Below, one piece after another: positions 9,495-17,935 of a stretch of DNA of 57,097 nt (the first letter of the stretch is position 1; each line of letters begins with the position of its first letter). The notes beneath the pieces were generated by a model. The model made no database searches and was not told the DNA's origin. It worked only from the letters and a program-made list of their open reading frames with translations. The stretch lies in NCBI GenBank assembly GCA_040220235.1, contig JAVJTO010000122.1; one strand, given 5' to 3'. The position numbers and the translations under genes are program-made. This DNA is from Coleofasciculus sp. B1-GNL1-01 (lineage in GTDB: Bacteria > Cyanobacteriota > Cyanobacteriia > Cyanobacteriales > Coleofasciculaceae).

Positions 9495-9905
9495 ATGAAT
9501 ACCAACCCACAACCCTATCGCTCACTCGTCAGTAGCAACACCGTTGAAAACCAGGAGTTGCAAACGGTTTCCTCCCAAAAAGTGGCGTTGAATGATATCG
9601 CTGTTAATGAACCTAAAGCATCTCCAGACGCAGTAAGTCCACTTGTTACCAGTTTAAGCTTTTTGGGAATCGGCTTAATTTTAGTGGGTCTTAAGCTTAA
9701 GCCTGCAAAATTGAGGAAACTCTTCAGTTTTAGATTTTCTCTACTCAAACACCATCAACATCCCCCTTGTGCAAACTGTAGGTTTTTTAACCAGCAAGCT
9801 GAACCAAACTGTGCAGTCCATCCCTCTATGGTTCTTAGTATCAAAGCCAAAAATTGTTCTGACTATTGGGCGCGTGATAGTAAAACATTTTCTAGTAAGG
9901 TGTAA
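9495..9905 (+). CDS. Small cyanobacterial membrane protein with C-terminal Cys motif (DUF6464-like)
   Basis: One TM segment; PCANCRFF...NCAVHP...AKNCSDY; RBS GAGGA. Confidence 0.65.
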   Translation: MNTNPQPYRSLVSSNTVENQELQTVSSQKVALNDIAVNEPKASPDAVSPLVTSLSFLGIGLILVGLKLKPAKLRKLFSFRFSLLKHHQHPPCANCRFFNQQAEPNCAVHPSMVLSIKAKNCSDYWARDSKTFSSKV

Positions 9906-9997
9906 AAACATGAGAGGTTGTTCCTCGATTTTGCATCGGGAAAAGTTGAATAAACCTCAGTAGAAGGGATTCATCCATGGTCTCTACTTAAATGGAT

Positions 9998-10170
9998 TAA
10001 GCTGTCATGCATTTAAATTGGCTATTAGTAGCGAGCAAGATGCTATTAGTAGCGAGCAAGATGCTATTAGTAGTGAGCAAGATGCTATTAGTAGCGAGCA
10101 AGATGCTCGCACTACAAGGATTGCGCCTTTATTGACATTATGGTTTAAATGCCGAACAGTGAACAGTTTA
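9998..10170. mobile_element. MITE-like element, same family as 6869-6996
   Basis: TAAGCTGTCATGCATTTAAATTG...TTTAAATGCCGAACAG; internal tandem amplification. Confidence 0.7.
10021..10104. repeat. 4 x 21-bp tandem repeat GCTATTAGTAGCGAGCAAGAT
   Basis: Four contiguous copies with one substitution in copy 3. Confidence 0.95.
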
Positions 10171-10355
10171 GCTATGATTCATCATCTTCCCCTAGCTAGA
10201 TGTCATAACTTGATCCCTAATGTACGGTAATCATCATAACTGGAATCTATTTCAGTTTATCTAGCTATTGATGGATTTTCTCAACAAAGTTGATTTCTGA
10301 TCAATCAGGAAAGTCCGTTGGCTAGTTAAAAGACGATAAAAACAAAAAAATTAGC

Positions 10356-11588
10356 ATGAATAATGCAGGCTTTTGGCAATTGTATAGTGAGGCAGTGCTA
10401 ACCTCACTCGGCTTTTTCTGGAAAGCGTTATGGGCGTTTATTCTGGGTTATGTGATTAGTAGCGCTATCCAGGTTTTTGTCACCCGCGAACGCATGAAAC
10501 AAACCATGGGCAAAGCCGGAAAAGGGAGCGTCGCCTTGGGAACGTTTTTCGGCTTTATATCGAGTTCCTGTAGTTTTGCTGCCCTAGCGACAACAAAATC
10601 ATTATTTAAAAAAGGCGCAGGGTTTGTTCCTTCCCTGGCTTTCTTACTCGCCTCAACTAATTTAGTTATTGAGTTAGGTTTTATTATTGCCGTTTTCCTC
10701 GGTTGGCAGTTCGTCGTCGGCGAGTATGTGGGGGGACTGCTGCTAATTATTTTTACGTGGTTGATTGTGAAATTTACCCGCCCTACGAAGCTAATTAGAA
10801 AAGTACGCAAACGATTGCGGGACAATGAAGGCGAGGCAAATGAGGGGGAAGATGTTCCCGACTGGAAAGAGAAGATTCAAACAATTCAGGGATGGAAACA
10901 GGTTGCCCGCAAATATTTCATGGAATGGAAGATGGTTTGGAAAGACGTAACCATCGGCTTTACTGTGGCGGGGGCGATTGCTGTATTTGTGCCGCGATCG
11001 TTTTTTCAGTTCCTGTTTATTGGTTCGGGACAAGATGGTAATCCGGGATTTTTGGCGATTCTCGAAAATACAATCATTGGACCTGTGGCGGCGTTTTTCA
11101 CGTTTATCGGTTCTATGGGAAATATTCCCTTGGCTTCGGTTCTCTATGCCAATGGGGTGAGTTTTGCTGGGGTGATCGCGTTTATTTTTAGTGATTTAGT
11201 TGTGTTCCCGGTAATTCGGATTAATGCTAAATACTACGGCTGGAAAATGGCATCCTATATCCTGGGTGTCTTTTTAGCGGCGTTGGTGGTGACAGCGATT
11301 GTTATGCACTATGGCTTTTCCCTATTCGGGCTTTTGCCAGAAAGCACTGGGCAGAGTCAAGCTGAGACACAACGTTTTGCGATTGACTATACCTTCTGGC
11401 TGAATCTTGCCTTTCTCGCTGTCACCGGGGTTCTAGCTTGGCTGCGCTGGGGTGGCAAAAAAGAACACAAAGGTGGAATGCATCACGGCGGTGGTAAGAA
11501 AAGTATCATTGAGCGGGTGCTGTTTTGGCTAGCTCTTGTCTCCTATATCTGGTTAGCTGGGGGGTTAATTGCTACGGTTATTAAGTAG
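10356..11588 (+). CDS. Predicted permease (ArsP/UPF0718-like), probable metal(loid) transporter
   Basis: Multi-TM protein with an SSCSF motif, FLLASTNL and a His-containing C-terminal loop. Confidence 0.75.
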   Translation: MNNAGFWQLYSEAVLTSLGFFWKALWAFILGYVISSAIQVFVTRERMKQTMGKAGKGSVALGTFFGFISSSCSFAALATTKSLFKKGAGFVPSLAFLLASTNLVIELGFIIAVFLGWQFVVGEYVGGLLLIIFTWLIVKFTRPTKLIRKVRKRLRDNEGEANEGEDVPDWKEKIQTIQGWKQVARKYFMEWKMVWKDVTIGFTVAGAIAVFVPRSFFQFLFIGSGQDGNPGFLAILENTIIGPVAAFFTFIGSMGNIPLASVLYANGVSFAGVIAFIFSDLVVFPVIRINAKYYGWKMASYILGVFLAALVVTAIVMHYGFSLFGLLPESTGQSQAETQRFAIDYTFWLNLAFLAVTGVLAWLRWGGKKEHKGGMHHGGGKKSIIERVLFWLALVSYIWLAGGLIATVIK

Positions 11589-11621
11589 AGTAGTTTGGGA
11601 GGGGGTTTGGAAACCAAACCC

Positions 11622-12968
11622 CTACGGTGATAAACAGAAAAATTCTTCACCGATGGAAGGATGAATGCCAATCGTATGATTAAAATCTGCCTTGGTTACT
11701 CCGGCGTTAATCGCCAAAGCAATCATCTGAATAATCTCAGAGGCACAGTCTCCTACCATCTGAGCGCCCACAATCCGATCTGAGTTGTCATCAACCACCA
11801 GTTTGAGCAGGGTTTGTTCCGGTGATTCTGCCCTCATATCCAAAAGGGATTGGAATGTTTTTTGATAACAACGCACTGCTTTACCCAACTGCGCTTTGGC
11901 TTGCGCTTCGGTTAACCCGACAGTAGCCGCTTCCGGTTGAGACGAGACAACGTAGGGAACATAGTCATAATCGACAGTTCGAGGATGATCACCAAATTCA
12001 GTATCGGCGAAAGCTCGACCCGCTGCGATCGCAACTGGCGTGAACCGGGGTCTAGCGGTACAATCACCTACGGCGAAAATATTCGCTTGACTGGTACGGC
12101 TGTACTCATCGACCGCGATCGCTCCCTGCTTAACCTCAACTCCAGCTTTCTCTAAACCCAATCCATCCCAGTTAGGAACGCGATCGCTAATCCAGACAAC
12201 CGTCTCCACCTCGACGGGTTCATTACTATCCGATAACCTCAAATTCAGACAATCTTGCACCCGCTCAATTTTCTCAACCTGGCTATTGGTGCAAATTCTA
12301 ATTCCCAACCGCGTCATCTCGTCTTGAACCGTTGTCCGCAAAGCGTGATCACAACCGGGCAAAACTTTATCGTCGGATATGACTAGCGTCACTTTTGAGA
12401 TCAACCCATTCATCATCCCAGCTAACTTTACAGCAATATAATTACTGCCAATAATCGCTAAGTGTTTGGGTTGATGCTTCAGTTCTAGAAATTTCCGCGT
12501 CGTAATCGCATATTCAATTCCGGGAACCTCAGGTTTGATCGCTTTTCGACCAACCGCAATCAAAATTTTATTCGCCTTATACTCCTGTCCATTAATATCT
12601 ACCGTGTGAGCATCTAAGAATTTAGCATGTCCTTTGATCAATTCAACGCCAGCTTTTTCCAGCTTCTGGATATGCATTTGGCACAGATGCTGAATATCGC
12701 GGTTTCTGGCTTCCATAAATTGACACCAATCAAAGTTCTTAGACACATGACCCCAGCCATATTCATCCGCCCGTTCAAATACTTTGGAGAAACCCGCCGC
12801 ATACGTCATGAGTTTTTCAGGGATACACCCATGCACCACACAAGTCCCACCGACTTGCTCTTGCTCCGCGATCGCCACCCGAACCCCATAGTCAGCCGCC
12901 GTTTCAGCCGCCGCTAAACCACCGGGTCCTGCACCAATAACTAAAAGTTCGTAATCCCAATTCATCAT
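11622..12968 (-). CDS. Divergent glutathione reductase-like pyridine nucleotide-disulfide oxidoreductase
   Basis: GAGPGG FAD motif, GGTCVVHGC redox disulfide, GDC and C-terminal IHPSIGEE; the NAD(P)H motif is degenerate (GSNYIAVK). Confidence 0.85.
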   Translation of the reverse strand: MMNWDYELLVIGAGPGGLAAAETAADYGVRVAIAEQEQVGGTCVVHGCIPEKLMTYAAGFSKVFERADEYGWGHVSKNFDWCQFMEARNRDIQHLCQMHIQKLEKAGVELIKGHAKFLDAHTVDINGQEYKANKILIAVGRKAIKPEVPGIEYAITTRKFLELKHQPKHLAIIGSNYIAVKLAGMMNGLISKVTLVISDDKVLPGCDHALRTTVQDEMTRLGIRICTNSQVEKIERVQDCLNLRLSDSNEPVEVETVVWISDRVPNWDGLGLEKAGVEVKQGAIAVDEYSRTSQANIFAVGDCTARPRFTPVAIAAGRAFADTEFGDHPRTVDYDYVPYVVSSQPEAATVGLTEAQAKAQLGKAVRCYQKTFQSLLDMRAESPEQTLLKLVVDDNSDRIVGAQMVGDCASEIIQMIALAINAGVTKADFNHTIGIHPSIGEEFFCLSP

Positions 12969-13376
12969 ACAACCTATTCAAAAAATACAATCACTATTTT
13001 TTCATTCACATTTTATTGATCAGTGAACTAAAAGCAAACCTTTGCTGAGAGGATTTTTGTCAAGTCAAGTATAGACGAAAATTCCGATAATTTATCAGCG
13101 CCTTTTAAATCTACCTCCTTGGATAGATCTATTTTTCTCAACAGCTTTATAGTATGAAATAAACTTTTAATTTTTACAAAAAAAGTGTATTAATGTAAAG
13201 GAAAAACAACTGACTATTCTGTGCTTAAATAGGAATAACTGAATAAGTATTATTTATTTCCATCACCCTATTTATCCGTTCTAACAGTGCATTTTTAATC
13301 GAATCAAGGCTTGTTTATTGCAATTTATAAACCCTTTTGTCGCCCTCGCAACCTTTATTTAGTGAAATTAAAAACT

Positions 13377-13946
13377 ATGAAGTTAAGCTGGACTCACATC
13401 CATTTACTTTTGAATCATTTTCCCATCGTTGGAGCTATATTTGGCTTGCTCCTGCTCATTTATGCCCTAGCCAAAGATAGTGAAGATTTTAAAAAGGCAA
13501 GTTATTGGTGTTTCTTTATCATTGCCTTAATTACGATCCCCGTTTTTTTGGCAGGGCAGCAAGCAGAAGAAATGGTGGTTTCTCTTCCTAGCGTTTCCCA
13601 TTCGTTGGTTCACGCTCACAGCAACATTGCCCAGCAAGCACTCATCGCCTTAGAACTATTAGGAATTATGAGCTTATTTGGTTTGTTTCGAGGGATAAAT
13701 AAAACTCCCTATTGGTTTCCCATTAGTTTTTTAGTTGTAACAATCATCGCCACAGGGTTGGTGTCATAGACAGGACTTCAGGGGGGAATAATTAGACATA
13801 CAGAAGTTCGCTCAGAATTGCAATTTTTAGTCCCTAATGATGCCACAGAATCTGGCGATCATCAGCATGATGGGGCAGAAACTGAACATGAACAGTCGAA
13901 ACAAGACCACCAAGAAGAGTCGGGACATTCTCATGAACATGAATAG
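13377..13946 (+). pseudogene. DUF2231-like membrane protein with His/Glu-rich tail, interrupted by an in-frame TAG at 13767-13769
   Basis: HLLLNHFP N-terminal motif. The frame continues after TAG as TGLQGGIIRHTEVR...SGHSHEHE* to 13946. Confidence 0.75.
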
Positions 13947-13960
13947 GATTAGGTCATTGC

Positions 13961-14127
13961 ATAGCGCTACGCGCTGGGCAATGGGCAATGGGCAACACCT
14001 CGACCTACCTCGGCTTCGCTCGGTAACACGCTCGGTACAAGTCGCTCAGGGTCAACACCTCGGCTTCGCTCGGTGTTGAGCGATTTAATGTTTTCTTTTA
14101 TGTCCTAATTAGAGTACGTAGTGCTAT
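13961..14127. mobile_element. MITE-like element of the (T)ATAGCACTACG...CGTAGTGCTATA family with nested GCTTCGCTCGG repeats
   Basis: Ends match the copies at 20567-20673 and 26812-26904; CCTCGGCTTCGCTCGGT occurs twice internally. Confidence 0.6.
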
Positions 14128-14394
14128 AAATTAGGTAATGTGACAAACCCGAATGAAATTAAAATTAATTTTGTATTTCTGTAGGGGCGACCCGCTTGGT
14201 TTAATTCACAACATCAGTCCTCTTAATTGACTCGGGTCGCCCTCTCCTCAACTGGTGTGAAACAGCTAACATGGTGGAATAGGTTGTAGGGTGAGTTGAC
14301 GATAGGAAACCCAGCAAAATCTATCGAGGGCTAAAGCCCTTACTACGAACCCAAGCTAATCTATCAAATTAAGTGGGTCACGCCACTACACGGA

Positions 14395-15327
14395 TCAACG
14401 CTTTAACTCTAAGAATGTCACTTCCCAAACCAATCGAGGTTGAGCATATCCAAGCAAGTAGGTTCGGGCTTGTTCTAATTGGTGAATGATCCGGGTATGG
14501 GGTTGGTGTTGCCAATACTGATGCTGTAAATAGTCAACTAACCACAATTGAGCTTGGGGATCAAGGGTTTTATCAATTTCCTTCGCCAGTTCTAGCGCCA
14601 TACGGGATGAATTCGGCAATTGATTCAACTTTGCCAGTAATTCTGGGGGAATGGCTTGCAGTTGTTCAAACGCCGCGATCGCTTCTCCGGGACTCCCTTG
14701 GGCAATGGCTAATATCGAGGGTTCTTGGAGAATCTGCTGATAACCCGTTTGCTGTAGTATTTGTGCCATGTCGTCTTGTGCCAATCGGGAAAAGGGAATT
14801 CGTTGACACCGGGATACTAAGGTGGGTAATAAGGCATCGGGACTGGGCGCGATTAAAATTAACGTGGCGTTTCCGGGTTCTTCTAGCGTTTTGAGCAAGC
14901 CATTGGCGGCTGATTCTGCCATAGTTTCCGTCTGTTCCAGCACCACAATTTGACGAGAGGCTTCTAGGGGAGAACGTCCTAAAAATTGGCTAATTTCGCG
15001 AATTTGTTCCAGGCGGATTTGGGGGGGCGTTTTGCGCTTGAGTCCTTTTTCTGCGGCTTCTTTGGCGGATAGGCGAATACCGTTGTGTAGATAGGTGGGT
15101 TCAACCCAGAGGAGATCCGGGTGGTTCCCCTGTTGTAGGCGTTTCTTAACTAAGGGTTGCTTCTGGGGTGGAATGTCTTGACAAAATAACCGTTCAATGA
15201 ACCACCGGGCGACTAAAGCCCGCCCGACTCCAGGAGAACCGACAAACAGATAAGCTGGGGCGATGCGGTTGGCTGTCATTGCCCCTTCTAAGAGTGCGAT
15301 CGCTTGTTGTTGTCCGACTATTGTCAT
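14395..15327 (-). CDS. holB: DNA polymerase III subunit delta'
   Basis: APAYLFVG..GVGR, NHPDLLW, AANGLLKTLEEP and TLVSRCQ motifs; follows tmk. Confidence 0.95.
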   Translation of the reverse strand: MTIVGQQQAIALLEGAMTANRIAPAYLFVGSPGVGRALVARWFIERLFCQDIPPQKQPLVKKRLQQGNHPDLLWVEPTYLHNGIRLSAKEAAEKGLKRKTPPQIRLEQIREISQFLGRSPLEASRQIVVLEQTETMAESAANGLLKTLEEPGNATLILIAPSPDALLPTLVSRCQRIPFSRLAQDDMAQILQQTGYQQILQEPSILAIAQGSPGEAIAAFEQLQAIPPELLAKLNQLPNSSRMALELAKEIDKTLDPQAQLWLVDYLQHQYWQHQPHTRIIHQLEQARTYLLGYAQPRLVWEVTFLELKR

Positions 15328-15374
15328 TTGTCATACTCGCTTCGCGAGAAGCAAGCTACGTCATTTGTCATTTG

Positions 15375-16040
15375 TCAAATATCTATGACATACTTTTGCT
15401 GAAGCCGTTGACGTAACACAGCCTGAATATCCAATTGCACGGCGTCAGGGCTTTGATTGGCGTCAATTCGGACAATTCGCTGGGGATGCTGGGAGGCTAA
15501 CTGGGCAAACCCTTGTTGGACTCGCTGGTGAAAAGCTAACTCGGCTTGTTCCATGCGATCGGCGACGCCCCGTTCTCTTGCCCGTTGTAAGCCAATGGTG
15601 ACATCAACATCTAACCACAAGGTTAAATCGCTTTCTAGCCCTCCTGTGGCGATGTGGTTGATTTGCTCAATTAGGGCTAGGTCAATCCCTCGTCCATACC
15701 CCTGATAGGCAATCGTTGAGTCAGTGTAGCGATCGCACAAAATAATCGCCCCGGCGTTAAGCTGAGGCTGTAACAATTCTTCAACATGTTGCGATCGATC
15801 AGCCGCGTAGAGGAGGAGTTCGGTGCGGTGTTGTAGGGATGAGGACTGTTCTTGGAGCAAAAGTTGACGTAGTTTGACGCCGAGGGGGGTTCCTCCGGGT
15901 TCTCGGGTAACGATGACAGGTGGCTGTTTGCCGTAATTGCTTAGTTTGTCGAGTACACCACTGCTGAGGAACCAATCGCGCGATCGCTGAATTTGGGTGG
16001 TTTTGCCACTGCCTTCGACTCCCTCAAACACGATCAGCAT
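15375..16040 (-). CDS. tmk: Thymidylate kinase
   Basis: FEGVEGSGKTT, TREPGGT and CDRYTDST.AYQG motifs. Confidence 0.97.
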   Translation of the reverse strand: MLIVFEGVEGSGKTTQIQRSRDWFLSSGVLDKLSNYGKQPPVIVTREPGGTPLGVKLRQLLLQEQSSSLQHRTELLLYAADRSQHVEELLQPQLNAGAIILCDRYTDSTIAYQGYGRGIDLALIEQINHIATGGLESDLTLWLDVDVTIGLQRARERGVADRMEQAELAFHQRVQQGFAQLASQHPQRIVRIDANQSPDAVQLDIQAVLRQRLQQKYVIDI

Positions 16041-16393
16041 TTCCCCTTATCCACGCCTCATCTGATTACATCTCTCCCCATTGTCACCCAAAATCATGTC
16101 CTTGCATAAAGTGAAAGATGGGCAGATGTTTGTCCCGATGGAATCTACCGTCAAGAGTATGTATACTTTATTGGTATACCTATCCAGCCAAAGCCGCTAG
16201 GTAGGTGACTTTAGATAGCCGCTGTATGAGCTTGGTTACCAAGCTTCATACAGGTGGTGTTAGCCTGTGGACTGGTTCAGTGCTGTCACAAGCCAGAGTG
16301 AAGCAGGAAGTAAGTACCTCCAGATGCCCACTTGTGGGTAGCTTTGGATAGATCTTATGTAATGATCTAGCTATCTGACGCCAAGGGTTAAAT

Positions 16394-16741
16394 ATGGCTC
16401 GCTACACTTGTTCATTTACGGTTGCAGTTTCTCCCGATCACCTTCAACCATCATTGATTGAGGTTTTACAATCCTGCGATTTCGACATTATCTATGACAC
16501 GGGAGACTATATCATGGCACGGGAGATCCCCGGTCATGTTGCCTTTGCCAAACTCGTGACAGTGGAAGTCTTGATTGACAAATCGATGGCTACCGATCAG
16601 GAAATTCGCATGAATTTCGTGATCAAAAATGAAGAGTTGCCCTTACAGGTAGACAACCACTGTCACGATAAGTTTTATGAAGTTCAAGAGGCGGTTGCCC
16701 AAAACCGCCATTGGCAACTCTTAGAAAGTGTTGCTGGTTGA
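16394..16741 (+). CDS. Conserved cyanobacterial hypothetical protein
   Basis: Plausible 115-aa ORF, MARYTC...KNEELPLQVDNHC, resembling a family common in cyanobacteria. Confidence 0.75.
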   Translation: MARYTCSFTVAVSPDHLQPSLIEVLQSCDFDIIYDTGDYIMAREIPGHVAFAKLVTVEVLIDKSMATDQEIRMNFVIKNEELPLQVDNHCHDKFYEVQEAVAQNRHWQLLESVAG

Positions 16742-16812
16742 CATCCTCTGGTTTTGTTTCAATCCTCTGGTTTCAATCCTCTGGATTTCCCTGATCATAG
16801 TTGGGCTAATAA

Positions 16813-17247
16813 TCAGGGTGTCCAGTCATCTGGATCTCCCCCCATCATATTTGGGCTAATCAGGGTGATGTCAAACTCATCGGGAGGTCCAGTGGGAACA
16901 GAGTCTCGCTTGAGTATGTAATATTTGGCACTAACTTGAGGCCCGAAGACGACTTCGTCCTCATCTTCAAGATCGTGGGCTTGAAGTTTACGACCGTTAA
17001 TTACGAGTCCGTTGGCGCTGGCTTTACCTTTGAGGTTACCATCGACAATGCGGTAGTAGAGACTGCCGTCCTCTCGTTCTCGCCGCACTAAAGTGGCATG
17101 TCGGCGAGATACAAATTGTGAGAACAAACGAATATCCACATCCGGATCTCTGCCTATAGAATAGACGGGTTCCTCCAAGGTATATTCCTTGCGTCCTTTT
17201 TCGTCTTCAATAATTAACAGATGGTTTTGATTGGATTTTGCAGGCAT
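16813..17247 (-). CDS. FHA domain protein
   Basis: IGRD, VSRRHA, SANG..ING and L.D.D...FG motifs. Confidence 0.93.
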   Translation of the reverse strand: MPAKSNQNHLLIIEDEKGRKEYTLEEPVYSIGRDPDVDIRLFSQFVSRRHATLVRREREDGSLYYRIVDGNLKGKASANGLVINGRKLQAHDLEDEDEVVFGPQVSAKYYILKRDSVPTGPPDEFDITLISPNMMGGDPDDWTP

Positions 17248-17469
17248 TGAACATCGAAAAATAGGGATAGAGAGTGCAGTTAATTAACTGTCGCTGTGTC
17301 TATGCTTTCTTACATTAGCAAACTGCTTAATCATCTTTCCTTAACGTATCAAGAAGAAATGACCGAATTGCCGACCTTCAACTTGGTCTTCCCCCATTCA
17401 ATTATCATAAGCATTAATGCAGATCATGACACAGACTCTAATGTTACATTTTTGTGACATTTTTTTACA

Positions 17470-17868
17470 CTGACCCGACAAGAGAGCCTATAGGCTTCCT
17501 GGGGGGTTCCGCTAATTGGCAGTGCTTCCGGCTTTTATCGTGAGGACTATGTAATAACTCCTCTCTGGTGATCTTAATAGCTGCGTTACACTCCCGGTTT
17601 AGAAGATCCCACAAGTAGGCTGTAAATTCATACCGATAAAACTTTCTCAATTTGGCTATCACGTTCACCCTACTTTTCCGTTGGATGCCGGACTTTGTCC
17701 TGCTCCGAAGAAAGTCCATGTTTAACATGGGCGGGGAGGAAAGCGGGTGATAACCTAAGATTTACCAGCCTTCGCCGCTTGGTAAGCGAGACTTGAAAAG
17801 AATCATCCAGACACCACCGTTACTTTGTATTCTACTACATAAAGCTTAGGACACATTGAACGAACGAG
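17470..17868 (-). ncRNA. Group II intron-derived structured RNA (DI-DIV-like, decayed DV, no ORF)
   Basis: 5' ..CGTTCGTTCAATGTGTC, CCTAAG/CTTAGG pairing, GGACTTT/AAAGTCC stem, DIII-like CTAAACCGGGAGTGTAACGC, short GAGGA/TCCTC hairpin, then AAGCCGGA. Recognised by resemblance only. Confidence 0.5.
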
Positions 17869-17935
17869 TTTGAATTTTCCCAGTCTCGCCTGATAAGGCG
17901 GGATGAGTATTTTACCAAGACCCCAAACCCACATT

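Noticed and set aside
10018..10230. ORF with (AISSEQD)n repeats, or a mini-CRISPR
   Set aside because: It is the translation of a 21-bp VNTR inside a MITE; the units are contiguous with no spacers.
13767..13769. Pyrrolysine or genetic-code reassignment of TAG
   Set aside because: TAG terminates apparently normal genes in the window (e.g. the permease, P450 and ctaA) and no pyl genes or suppressor tRNA are visible.
17443..17461. RpaB/HLR1-like direct repeat GTTACATT-N3-GTGACATT
   Set aside because: Spacing is one base longer than the HLR1 consensus and AT-rich matches arise easily.
17465..17728. 87-aa ORF as a real protein or RT fragment
   Set aside because: No recognisable motifs; it overlaps the structured intron-like RNA.
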